A DNA stretch of 64,000 bases from Desulfosudaceae bacterium (GTDB taxonomy: Bacteria > Desulfobacterota > Desulfobacteria > Desulfobacterales > Desulfosudaceae): the NCBI GenBank assembly GCA_963674745.2, contig CAXXDV010000001.1, positions 1,728,001 to 1,792,000 on the forward strand, given 5' to 3'. The translations under genes were made by a program, and so were the position numbers. Each line of letters starts with the position of its first letter. The first letter of the stretch is position 1. The notes under the pieces were generated by a model that searched no databases, was not told where the DNA came from, and saw only the letters and a program-made list of their open reading frames with translations. Shown here in pieces: positions 18,830-28,511 of the stretch.

Positions 18830-21808
18830 ATGAAAGCGATCAGGATATCCCGCAGAACATTTTTAAAGGGCTCGAGCGCCGCTGTGGCCCTGCTTTCCCT
18901 TAACTCTCTGGGGTTTTTAGGCGGCAACAGCAAGGCCAATGCCACTGAAAAAGTTCTCGAGGATTGGCAATACAGCGGCTGGGAAGACCTGCACAGAAAT
19001 GAATGGACCTGGGATAAAGTGACTTACGGCACCCACCTGGTAGACTGCTATCCCGGCAACTGCCTGTGGCGGGTGTATACCAAAGACGGCATTGTCTTTC
19101 GCGAGGAGCAGGCCGCCAAGTATCCGGTGGTCGATGCCTCCGGCCCGGACTTCAATCCCCGGGGATGTCAGAAGGGGGCTTCCTACAGCCTGCAGATGTA
19201 CAACCCCGACCGGTTGAAATACCCCATGAAACAGACCGGCGAACGGGGAAGCGGCAAGTGGAAGCGGTTAAGCTGGGACCAGTGCCTGACCGAAATCGCC
19301 GAAGGCATTGTGGACGGCCTGGACAGCCAGGGACCGGAATCGATCATTTTTGAAACCGGGCCGGGTAACGGCGGCTATGTCCACCTGTTGTCCGTCGGCC
19401 GCCTGTTCGGGGCTTTAGGCGCAACCATGCTCGACCTGGACTCCACCATCGGTGATTTCAACCGGGGTATTTATGAAACATTCGGCAAGTTCCAGTTCAT
19501 GGATTCGGTGGACGGCTGGTTTTTCGGAAAACTGCTGCTCATCTGGCATATGAATCCCGCCTATACCCGCATCCCCTCCTTTCATTTCATATCCGAGTCC
19601 CGGTACAACGGGGCTGAAGTCATTTCCATCGCGCCGGATTACAACCCCAGCTGCATGCATGCCGACGAATACATCCCGGTTGAAATGGGTTCCGATGCCG
19701 CCCTGGGGCTGGCCGTGTGCCAGGTGCTGATTGAAAAAGACTGGGTGGATTACCCTTTTGTAAAAGAGCAGACCGACCTGCCCATGCTGGTCAGGACCGA
19801 TAACCACCAGTTCCTTTCCGCCGCCGACATTGAAAAGGACGGACGGGCCGACCAGTTCTGCTTCTGGGATACAGCCAAAAACAGCGTCACCAAAGCCCCC
19901 CTGGAAACATTGAAACTGCCCTGCGATCCGGCCCTGGAAGGCACCTATCCGGTGAAACTGTTAAACGGTCAAACCGTCGACGTCCGGCCGGTATTTCACA
20001 GCATGAAAGCGCTGCTCAATCGTGAGTACACGCCGGAACAAGCATCTGAAAAATGCAAAACCAACCCCGACACGATCCGGCGGCTGGCGGAAAAATGCTA
20101 TAAAGCCAGCGGCGGGATCCAGGTACTGGTCGGCTGGAATTCTCCCAAATATTATCACGGTGATCTGATCGAGCGGGCCATGTGCCTGATTCTGTCCCTG
20201 ACCGGCAGCCTGGGGAAAAAAGGCTGCGGCATCCGGGGCTGGAACGAGTCTCTGTTTGAAGGCGCCCTGACCCAGCCCGTCAAAGAGAAAATCGGCCTGG
20301 CAACGACCACCAAGCTGCTGCCGATCATCCAGGGTATCTGGAACAAATTCAAACGGGAAGACCCGACCATTTCCGATGAAATGGCCTCCATTCTGCAGGA
20401 ACGGGTGGCTGACCGCAATATGTTCAACTCTACTATTCCCGCTTTTTTGTATTATAACCATTCCGACTACAAAAAAGCCTGGGACAAAAAAGAGTGGCAC
20501 TGCCCCACCATGAAACGGGAATTTTCGGAATATTTTCATGAAGCGGTTTCCAAGGGCTGGTGGGACGGCTTTATCAAGCCCGCTGCCGATCAGCAGCCCA
20601 CGGTATACTGCTGGATCGGCACCAACCCGGCCCGGAAAAACCGGGGCTGGACAAAAAATATTCTGGGCTCGCTGTGGGACAAATACAAGCTGACCTTCGG
20701 GTTTGAAACCCGTTGGTCCACCACCGTGCTGTACGGCGACTACGCCCTGCCATGTGCCGGATTTTATGAAAAACTGGACACCCGCTTTCCCACGCCCCAC
20801 GTGCCCTGGCTGACCCTGACCGAGGACGCTGTAAAACCGTTGGCTGAGTGTAAAACCGAATGGGAGATCAGCCGCCTGCTGGCCGAAAAGATCGAGGCGG
20901 TGGCGAAACAACGGGGTAAAACCAAATTTCCGCCCCGGGTGCCGCCTCAAGAAGAGTACGCCGCCTTTATCCGGTACTTTAGAATGATACGGGATAAAGA
21001 ATTCAATGTTGATCTTTCCAACCTGGTCAAGTGGCAGAACATGAACGCGGATACGTTTGAGGAAATCATGGAAGATGCCCTCCAGTCCAGTGTTTTGATG
21101 GGCAACCTGCCGCCCGGAACCAATCTGGAATATATGAGAGAACACGGTATTGTCCGGTTCGTCGATGTCTCCATTTTTGACCCGGTGACCATGAATCTGG
21201 CCACGGACATCAAGCCGGATGAACCCATTATCCCGCTCACCTGGCATACCGGGGAAAAAAAGGTGCCATACCCCACCTATAACCGGCGCATCACATTCTA
21301 CATCGACCATCCCTGGTTCCTGGAGGCCGAAGAAGCCCTGCCGGTTCATAAAGACAATCCCAGGATCGGCGGTAATTACCCCTTGCGCATGACCAGCGGT
21401 CATCAGCGCTGGAGCGTTCATTCCATCTGGATCGGCAACCAGCAGCTGTTAAGGACCCACCAGGGAAGGCCCTTTATGTTCATGAGCCCGGAAGACGCAG
21501 GCAAACGGGGGATCAGGGACGGCGACCTGGTCCGGGTGTTCAACGACTTTGACGAATTTAAGGTGCACGTGAAAATTACACCGTCAGCCCGGCCTGAAAA
21601 GAGCGCCGCCATGCCCGGCCAGGTCATCATTTATCATGCCTGGGAGCCGTACATGTTCCCCGGTTGGAAAAGTTACGACGCCGCCATACCGGGCATGATC
21701 AAGTGGCTGGACCTGGTCAACAATTACGGCCATCTCAGGTACTGGCGCTGGAACTGGTGCGCCCAGCCGGTCGACCGGGCCATCAGCGTGGAGGTGGAAA
21801 AGGCCTGA
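18830..21808 (+). CDS. type II DMSO-reductase-family molybdoenzyme alpha subunit (ethylbenzene/steroid C25 dehydrogenase-like), Tat-exported
   Basis: SRRTFLK Tat motif; THLVDCYPGNC...NPRGCQKG FS0 cluster motif; TIGD (Asp Mo ligand region); C-terminal HQRWSVHS; GGAGG RBS. Confidence 0.88.
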   Translation: MKAIRISRRTFLKGSSAAVALLSLNSLGFLGGNSKANATEKVLEDWQYSGWEDLHRNEWTWDKVTYGTHLVDCYPGNCLWRVYTKDGIVFREEQAAKYPVVDASGPDFNPRGCQKGASYSLQMYNPDRLKYPMKQTGERGSGKWKRLSWDQCLTEIAEGIVDGLDSQGPESIIFETGPGNGGYVHLLSVGRLFGALGATMLDLDSTIGDFNRGIYETFGKFQFMDSVDGWFFGKLLLIWHMNPAYTRIPSFHFISESRYNGAEVISIAPDYNPSCMHADEYIPVEMGSDAALGLAVCQVLIEKDWVDYPFVKEQTDLPMLVRTDNHQFLSAADIEKDGRADQFCFWDTAKNSVTKAPLETLKLPCDPALEGTYPVKLLNGQTVDVRPVFHSMKALLNREYTPEQASEKCKTNPDTIRRLAEKCYKASGGIQVLVGWNSPKYYHGDLIERAMCLILSLTGSLGKKGCGIRGWNESLFEGALTQPVKEKIGLATTTKLLPIIQGIWNKFKREDPTISDEMASILQERVADRNMFNSTIPAFLYYNHSDYKKAWDKKEWHCPTMKREFSEYFHEAVSKGWWDGFIKPAADQQPTVYCWIGTNPARKNRGWTKNILGSLWDKYKLTFGFETRWSTTVLYGDYALPCAGFYEKLDTRFPTPHVPWLTLTEDAVKPLAECKTEWEISRLLAEKIEAVAKQRGKTKFPPRVPPQEEYAAFIRYFRMIRDKEFNVDLSNLVKWQNMNADTFEEIMEDALQSSVLMGNLPPGTNLEYMREHGIVRFVDVSIFDPVTMNLATDIKPDEPIIPLTWHTGEKKVPYPTYNRRITFYIDHPWFLEAEEALPVHKDNPRIGGNYPLRMTSGHQRWSVHSIWIGNQQLLRTHQGRPFMFMSPEDAGKRGIRDGDLVRVFNDFDEFKVHVKITPSARPEKSAAMPGQVIIYHAWEPYMFPGWKSYDAAIPGMIKWLDLVNNYGHLRYWRWNWCAQPVDRAISVEVEKA

Positions 21809-21904
21809 TGTCCCATCAAAATTGACACGCAAGCGCCGACTTGCTATATATAATGGTCGAAAAAGCAGGTTCTTATCTTTGAAACCATTGGCCGGGGTGT
21901 CATT

Positions 21905-23047
21905 ATGATCAAAGCTTTAAGATGCTTCTTTTGTTTTTCGCTGATAGCGTATGTCGTTTTTCCTTCATCCCTTTTCGCAGCGGCCATCGGCGAGTTTTCG
22001 TCCGTCATCGGCACGGTCACCCAGACAAGAGGGAAACAGGTCATCAAGCCGGTTGAAACGTCTCCGATCCAGGTAAAAGACATTGTTATTACCAAGAAAA
22101 ACGCCACCGCCGAAATGGCTTTTTTCGATGACAGCACGATCAGGCTGGCCCAGAACTCGAAACTGCAAATCAATCAGTTTCTGTTCAAGAAACAATCCCG
22201 CGTGGTGTCCTTTCTTTTTTACATCGGTAAAATGACGGTCAATGTCGGCAAATTTATCGGCGGTGATAATAAATTTGAAGTTCAGTCACCGACCTGTGTT
22301 ATCGGTGCCAGGGGAACAGCCTTTGATCTGGTTGAGACCAGGGCGGCCGGCAAGACAAAGGCCACGGTCAGCTGCACGAAAGGGGCTCTGGATATATCGG
22401 CCCTGTCGGATACCGGAACCGTGGTTTCCACGGCCGTACTGGAAGCCGGCCAGATGGCCGTTATCAGCGGTGGTGTCATTACGGTTTCCCTGATCAGCGC
22501 GACCGTGGCGGCAGGAGGCGGGACAGCCGCGGCTGCGGGGGGCGGAAGCGGTGCAGCCGCCGCTTCCGGTGTCGGCCTTTCAACCGGTGCAATCGTCGGC
22601 GCCTCGGCCGCTGTGGCGGCCGGTGCCGGAGTGGCCGTGGCAGCATCCGGTGGCGGTGGCGGCGGAGGAGATGGTGAAAAGGATAAATCGGATTCTACCA
22701 CCCTATACGATGCTACGGGTACCTGGAAATGGGCCGACACTTATGAAGAAAGCAATTGCAGTGACCCTTCCGGGCCGCCCTATGACAACGGCACGATGCA
22801 GATCGTACAAACAGGCACAACATTTGCCGGTACTGACAGTGACGGCAGCAGTTTTACCGGAACCGTCAGCGGCGCTGTCTATACCTACACCGTTGTCACT
22901 CAGGAAGATTTCGGGACGATGACGGAAAATGTAACCGCCACCTTAACATCAGACACGGAAGGGACCTATACGATTGACTGGGTCTGGAGCGAAGGGTCCT
23001 ATTCGTGCAGCGGCATCACCCAGGGCACGATGACCAGGGTGCCGTAA
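21905..23047 (+). CDS. secreted FecR-domain protein with Gly/Ala-rich linker and C-terminal beta-rich domain
   Basis: Signal peptide; F.DDSTIRLAQNSKL; FEVQSPTCVIGARGTAF. Confidence 0.75.
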   Translation: MIKALRCFFCFSLIAYVVFPSSLFAAAIGEFSSVIGTVTQTRGKQVIKPVETSPIQVKDIVITKKNATAEMAFFDDSTIRLAQNSKLQINQFLFKKQSRVVSFLFYIGKMTVNVGKFIGGDNKFEVQSPTCVIGARGTAFDLVETRAAGKTKATVSCTKGALDISALSDTGTVVSTAVLEAGQMAVISGGVITVSLISATVAAGGGTAAAAGGGSGAAAASGVGLSTGAIVGASAAVAAGAGVAVAASGGGGGGGDGEKDKSDSTTLYDATGTWKWADTYEESNCSDPSGPPYDNGTMQIVQTGTTFAGTDSDGSSFTGTVSGAVYTYTVVTQEDFGTMTENVTATLTSDTEGTYTIDWVWSEGSYSCSGITQGTMTRVP

Positions 23048-23065
23048 ACGCGTTTAGTTGTTTTC

Positions 23066-23431
23066 TTATACGTCATCTCTATGGACGGTATCCGGTGAAA
23101 ATGCCGGCCGGCAAACGGCGATGTACTCGGCCCCTTCATCACCGGGCGTGCTGTACTGAACCCACTCATTCGCTTTTACGATAACGGCTTCACCCGCGTA
23201 AACATCGAGAACCCCGGATTTTGTGTTAACGCGCAGCATGCCTTTTAGTACAATGGTATACTCTGTAAATTCCGGGGTCTGCCCGGGTTCTTCCCAGCCC
23301 GAAGCGCTGACCATGCGGGCGATGCTCAAGTCCGGTGTATTGGAATTTACGGCGCCGATATACTCTTCTATCCTTTTGGGAATATTACCGGCCGCTTCAA
23401 CAATTGTCGGTTTGTTGATTTTTATCGGCAT
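23066..23431 (-). CDS. cupin domain protein
   Basis: GWEEPGQTPEFTEYTIVLKGML...AGEAVIV...WVQYSTP...PAFSPDTVHRD. Confidence 0.85.
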   Translation of the reverse strand: MPIKINKPTIVEAAGNIPKRIEEYIGAVNSNTPDLSIARMVSASGWEEPGQTPEFTEYTIVLKGMLRVNTKSGVLDVYAGEAVIVKANEWVQYSTPGDEGAEYIAVCRPAFSPDTVHRDDV

Positions 23432-23461
23432 ACGGTTACCTTTTTCCGGGTGGAACAATAA

Positions 23462-24349
23462 TTAATGTGCCCCGGTGCCTCCGGACTTGGCTAAATGCGC
23501 TTTCAAAGCGGCGGCAATTTCATTGGCACAATTTGTAATGACAAGTTCAAACCCTTTGTCCAGGCCGTTCATTACGGCAGCGTTGTATCTTTTTGTTGTC
23601 GGTTTGTTTAAAAACGCTTCGTATTCAGATAAGCTTTCTTCATCAATAGATTGATATGTATAAAGATTGGAAATCAGCACAAGCTGCTGAGCATCGTCTC
23701 TTGTCTTGGCCGTCATGGTCTTCAAGTATGCTTTGTAGGCTTCTATATCCAGTGGTTTGTCGGGTTCCCTGGCCGTTAAAACTGCTGAAAAAACGATAAG
23801 TCCGCTGAATTCTTTTAAGTTTATTAACCTGTCGGTGAGGTTCATCATCGAATCCAACCTTTTTGCAAACGCCACCCGTTTGGTGTTTTTCAGCAATTTC
23901 TGCGCGCTGTTCATCATCTCCCGATAGGCTTCTGGTTTGGCGGCTTTTTCTTCCGCTTGCGTAATCCGTTTTTTCAGGCTGGATTCATGCCATTTGAATA
24001 TTTCCTTAATTCCATCTGTACTTATTTTTTTCTCAATCGACAATCTAACCTGATCAAGGACGATAGACGGTAATATCGTTCTGTCGACGGTTTCAAGCAT
24101 TATTTGTAAATGCTCTCTGGGGATTGGCGCACCACTCTGAATGGCACTATTTATACCCGCCTTAATCAGACCGGGAAATTCTTCAACCTGTTCGGTCAAT
24201 CCGGATAATTCAAGAAGCTTATTAATGGACCCGGCTGAAGGTGTCGATGCGGATGGGTCGGAAAACATGGTAGCGGGCTCTGCTGATTCAAAAATAATCG
24301 CACCCAGGAATAACAGAACGCAGATAATTTTGAATGTATGTTTTACCAT
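23462..24349 (-). CDS. hypothetical secreted helical protein (DUF2059-like)
   Basis: Signal peptide, AGGAG RBS, LLELSGL..Q and Y..F..P motifs. Confidence 0.65.
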   Translation of the reverse strand: MVKHTFKIICVLLFLGAIIFESAEPATMFSDPSASTPSAGSINKLLELSGLTEQVEEFPGLIKAGINSAIQSGAPIPREHLQIMLETVDRTILPSIVLDQVRLSIEKKISTDGIKEIFKWHESSLKKRITQAEEKAAKPEAYREMMNSAQKLLKNTKRVAFAKRLDSMMNLTDRLINLKEFSGLIVFSAVLTAREPDKPLDIEAYKAYLKTMTAKTRDDAQQLVLISNLYTYQSIDEESLSEYEAFLNKPTTKRYNAAVMNGLDKGFELVITNCANEIAAALKAHLAKSGGTGAH

Positions 24350-24497
24350 TGTTTCTCCTTACGAAGTGGTTTTGTAAAAAGTCAGTTCCTTTTTGATAAC
24401 CGCCGTCTTCGTAGGATCCAGTGCTTATAGTTTGTGCCAAACATCAAGGTAAAAAAATATCAAAGAAAGAGGAAAACAGGCGATAGGCTCTGTCTGA

Positions 24498-24967
24498 TCA
24501 GGGGTAGTACATGTACAGTCGATGAATGGTCTGGGCATGCCAGCGGCCGCGACCGGAAAAAGTGGGAATATTGTTTTCCTGGAGATGGGCGGCAATTTCC
24601 TCGTAGGTCATGTTTTCATCCCGGAGTTTATTGATCATATCAAGAAGCTCCTGCTTACGGGCTGTGATTTTTCTTTTCCGGGGTTCCGCTCTGGCGGGGA
24701 TTGACTGCTGAACAATCTCCGGCAGGTTCTCCATCAGTTTTTCCATAGCCTCGGCGCTTCGTTCTCTGGCTTTTGCAACCCGCATCTTGCTTTCAGCTGC
24801 CTGATTCAAATAGTTTTTGATGGCCGGGGCTATTTCGTCAAGAAGGGACTTTAAATAGGGCGGCATGTCAGCGGCTTTTTCTGTGCGGGCTTTGCTGCGC
24901 GGCTGCCCTTTTTGCTGTTTCTGATTCCCCGGGTTGTTGAGCGGGGGGGGGTATTGAAATCACTCAT
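24498..24967 (-). pseudogene. paralog 2 of the recombinase-type DNA-binding protein, frameshifted in a C9 tract
   Basis: GGAGG RBS and ATG at 24967 (MSDFNT); a G9 run at 24943-24951 puts it out of frame with PLNNPGNQKQQ...DMPPYLK, which aligns with paralog 1. Confidence 0.7.
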
Positions 24968-25199
24968 GGTTTATGCCTCCACTGTTTTGATACTTTGATA
25001 ACAAAATATCAGAGGTTTTGAACAAGGCCAAGCGGAAAATGGTTTAAGTGAAATATATTTGGACGGGTAGACTACTTCATTGGGACTGGTTTATGCTTTG
25101 ATGCTGTTAATTACTTTTATCTTGTCGATACAAAGGATGGTACGCATTTGGGACGATGGCTTGATATGCAAAGCGGGCTTTGATATAAATTGATAACTG

Positions 25200-25790
25200 A
25201 TGGCAGAAAAGAAAAGCAAAAAGCGGCCAAAGGGCCGCGACGAGGTTGTCGAGGCGTTGATTAAGTCCGCCGCGGAGCTGTTCGCGGAACGGGGGGTGTC
25301 CGGCGTTTCTTTACGGGAAATCGCCGCTCACGCGGGTGTGAATCATGGCCTTATCCACCGTCATTTCGGTTCCAAGGAGAATCTGCGCAAAAAAACCCAG
25401 GAATACCTGGCCAAAAAAGTGCGGGATGATATCGGAACGCCGGATAACCTGATCGATATGTTGGCCCAGGCGGAAACCGCGGTTCAGAAACATCCGCTGT
25501 TCTGGAAAGTCATGGCCCGAAGCTTTCTCGATGGTACTGTAGAAGGCGATGTGCAGAGCGAGTTTCCTTTTGTGCGGGATTTTGTCGAATTGGTAAAGGC
25601 GGTTCAGGAGCAGGGCTTGATCATCCTCGATATGGACCCGCGATATATTGTGGCGGCAATCTGTGCCTACGGGCTTGGTATCCGGGCGTTTGAAAGATAC
25701 ATCATGGAAGCCGCCGGCCTGGGTGATGAACCGGTTGAAGAAGTGCTGGCCGAAATCCGCAACCGCTTTCTGGCAATTTGCCTGAAGTAA
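25200..25790 (+). CDS. TetR/AcrR family transcriptional regulator
   Basis: AAELFAERG...SLREIAAHAGVNHGLIHRHFGSKENL. Confidence 0.92.
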   Translation: MAEKKSKKRPKGRDEVVEALIKSAAELFAERGVSGVSLREIAAHAGVNHGLIHRHFGSKENLRKKTQEYLAKKVRDDIGTPDNLIDMLAQAETAVQKHPLFWKVMARSFLDGTVEGDVQSEFPFVRDFVELVKAVQEQGLIILDMDPRYIVAAICAYGLGIRAFERYIMEAAGLGDEPVEEVLAEIRNRFLAICLK

Positions 25791-25877
25791 ATACAGTCCG
25801 ATTGGCAACGATTTTTCCCTTTTTTCCCGTCTTGCGTTTCCGGCCGTTTGATCTGTTAATTTTTTTTGAAAAAACAC

Positions 25878-25929
25878 TTGACATAGTGTATCCATTTGTA
25901 TACAAAAAGTGTAGTCAAGCGGGTACACT
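25878..25929 (+). promoter_or_regulatory. sigma70-like -35 box with two tandem TGTA-N10-TACA palindromes (candidate TetR operators)
   Basis: TTGACA 25878-25883; palindromes at 25887-25904 and 25910-25927. Confidence 0.55.
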
Positions 25930-25975
25930 TAAAATCTTTTTAACAATTGTCGTCATGGCAATCCAGGGGGGAATT

Positions 25976-27502
25976 ATGAAAAGTTGTAAATCAATCCTGA
26001 CACGATCCGGTCTTATCGTCGGTGTTCTTTTGCTGGCTTCCGGCCTTGCTTTTGGCAGGGGCTCAACGCCGCCTGTACCGGAACCGGATTTTAACCATGA
26101 ACCCCCGGCAAACGTCTTTTTGGCGGATTCTCCCTGGCCCATGACGCACCGGAATCCATACTGCCAGGCGTCTTCGCCCTATGCCGGCCCGCAGAAAGGC
26201 GGCTTGAGCGCGGATTCAGATTTTAATCTGGGCACGCCGGGCCTGATCACCCTGGCCGAGTCAGCCCCGTATCCGGATGGAAAGCGGGTGCTGTGGGGCA
26301 GTTCCTCGACCATGGTGTTTAAAGCGGACACCGCCTTGAACTATCTGGCCGTGATCCTCAAAGAAGACCTGAAACTCACCTCGATGTTCTCCACCGATGA
26401 AATCCTTTCGGGCGCTTACACCCTTGTGGACAAGAATAATGTTTTTTATATGCCCCGATTCACAGCGCTTTATGCCTTTGGCGACGCGGTGGCCGGGGAC
26501 CGGAAATCCGCCGTCGAAGTCAAGCGGGTGTTTGAAATTCCGGCGGAAAACATCGTCGATCCGGCCGAAAAAATCGTCGGACTGACCCTGACCTATGACG
26601 GCATGCTGGCCTTTGCCACCAACCAGGGATTGGTCGGCGTCGTGTCCCGGTCTTTTGAGACGGCACATTATTACCGGTTCCCCCCGGAAGAAGCGATCTC
26701 CAACTCCATTGCCTGTGACGAGGATGGCGGTATTTATGTCGCCACCAGCGAAAAGATGTACCGTGTTCAGTGGACCGGCAGCGAACTCACGATTGACCCG
26801 GCCAAAGGCGGCTGGAGTGCCGGATATGAGACCGGCGAGGGGTCCGGGGTTCGTCTCGGGGCCGGTTCGGGTTCCACCCCGACCTTGATGGGGACGGGAA
26901 ATGAGGATAAATTTGTGGTTATTACCGATGGCCAGGATCTCATGCACCTGGTGCTTTTCTGGCGTGGTGAAATTCCGGCCGACTGGCAGCAGATTCCCGG
27001 CACAAAAAGCCGGCGGATCGCCGCCCAGGTGCCGGTTACCTTCGGTGACGCGAATGCGCAAGACACGCTGTCGGAGCAGTCGGTGTGCATCAGGGGGTAT
27101 GGCGCGCTGGTGGTCAACAACCAGTTGAAAGTGCCTCTTGACAACCAGGTTATCAGCATACTGGTTTCCGGTATCGTACCGGTTGCGCCATATGGCGCCG
27201 AGCGCTTTGACTGGGATCCGTCAACCCGGACCCTGAAAAGCACATGGGTGAATAAGCACGTCAGTTATCCAAACGGCATTCCCTGCATGAGTGCCGCGAC
27301 AAATCTGATTTATGATGTCGGCCAGAGCCTGCTGGGCGGGTGGACGTTTGAGGCCCTTGACTGGGACACCGGAAAATCGGTGTTCAGTTATAGATACGGG
27401 ACTTCGCCGATATTCAACAGCGCCTATGCCGGCACGGAGATTTTGTCCGGTCGTTGTCTGTACAGCGGTACCATGCTGGGCATGGTAAGAATGAAACCGT
27501 AG
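25976..27502 (+). CDS. hypothetical secreted beta-rich protein
   Basis: Signal peptide from ATG 25976; NSIACDEDGGIYV and GSGSTPTLMG motifs. Confidence 0.75.
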   Translation: MKSCKSILTRSGLIVGVLLLASGLAFGRGSTPPVPEPDFNHEPPANVFLADSPWPMTHRNPYCQASSPYAGPQKGGLSADSDFNLGTPGLITLAESAPYPDGKRVLWGSSSTMVFKADTALNYLAVILKEDLKLTSMFSTDEILSGAYTLVDKNNVFYMPRFTALYAFGDAVAGDRKSAVEVKRVFEIPAENIVDPAEKIVGLTLTYDGMLAFATNQGLVGVVSRSFETAHYYRFPPEEAISNSIACDEDGGIYVATSEKMYRVQWTGSELTIDPAKGGWSAGYETGEGSGVRLGAGSGSTPTLMGTGNEDKFVVITDGQDLMHLVLFWRGEIPADWQQIPGTKSRRIAAQVPVTFGDANAQDTLSEQSVCIRGYGALVVNNQLKVPLDNQVISILVSGIVPVAPYGAERFDWDPSTRTLKSTWVNKHVSYPNGIPCMSAATNLIYDVGQSLLGGWTFEALDWDTGKSVFSYRYGTSPIFNSAYAGTEILSGRCLYSGTMLGMVRMKP

Positions 27503-27532
27503 TAGACCCTTCTTACAGGTGCCAATGATGGT

Positions 27533-27571
27533 AAAAACAAGGCCGGGGGAACTCCCCGGCCTTGTTTTTTT
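27533..27571. terminator. bidirectional rho-independent terminator
   Basis: AAAAACAAGGCCGGGG/CCCCGGCCTTGTTTTT between convergent genes. Confidence 0.85.
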
Positions 27572-27574
27572 GTA

Positions 27575-28228
27575 TTATTGTGTTTTTTGCGGCGATACCG
27601 GCTGGCTGGTGGCGGGATAAACGGCCTGCTGCTTGACCCGTATGGGTTCACCGGGGCGCCACTGGCGTATGCCCAGGGCCTGGTAGTCGCGTTCCAGCTC
27701 GGCATCAAACAGCGGGCATTTATCGCCGGGACGTCCGGCCAGCTTGGAAAAAGGCACTTTCATATAATGCGTGACAGCATCCTTTCTTTTGTCCGCGGCC
27801 AGTTTTTTGCAGGAAACGAAGCGTTTGTCGCCTTTGAAGGTTACGTTCAGGTTCGACGGGTAACCGGTGGGTTCGAAGTTGATGTCCCGAATGCCATATC
27901 CGGCCTTGTAGATTCTGACTTTCGGCGGCGGCATATTGCGGAAGAAATTTCGGCCCTTGCCGGGAATGGTGAATTCGCCGTTTTCATCCGTCAGGGTCTC
28001 GAAATAATCATAATACCGTTCTTCGGGCTCGATGGTAATCCGGGTGTGCTCGGTGACCCACAGGGCCATCACCACGACACCCGCAAGGGGTTGCCGGGTA
28101 TCACCATCTATGATCTTTCCGTAAACGTCTTTGTCGTATCGAAAGTAATTGCCGGCCGATAAAGGTGTTGCAAGTGTTGCCAGAAAAATTAAAAACACTG
28201 AAACCCGAAAAAGAAAATATCGCCGCAT
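27575..28228 (-). CDS. secreted protein with carboxypeptidase-regulatory-like domain
   Basis: GKIIDGDTRQPLAGVVV...TLTDENGEFTIP...IYKAGY; GGAGG RBS. Confidence 0.75.
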   Translation of the reverse strand: MRRYFLFRVSVFLIFLATLATPLSAGNYFRYDKDVYGKIIDGDTRQPLAGVVVMALWVTEHTRITIEPEERYYDYFETLTDENGEFTIPGKGRNFFRNMPPPKVRIYKAGYGIRDINFEPTGYPSNLNVTFKGDKRFVSCKKLAADKRKDAVTHYMKVPFSKLAGRPGDKCPLFDAELERDYQALGIRQWRPGEPIRVKQQAVYPATSQPVSPQKTQ

Positions 28229-28511
28229 GATTTTTCCTCCTACCCCTGAATTTCGTGTCGTTTCGATCGTATTATGTAAAGGATTAATATTTTAACATGT
28301 TATCCGGTCAGCCCTTCCCACGGGGATATTCCGAAATCTCCCTGGATACCATTCCTTCTGTTTCCTGGTGAAAACATAACGGTGATTATCCTTTCGGCAT
28401 GCGTGATTCAAAGATTTTACGTCTTCCTTATCTTGTTTTTTTATCCGAATTATGGTTTTCTGGGCCTGCCCCGAAGGTTAATAAATCATGATACCCGGTA
28501 AAGGACTTGTT

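Noticed and set aside
19961..21421. 486 aa antisense ORF
   Set aside because: Shadow of the GC-rich molybdoenzyme gene; no motifs.
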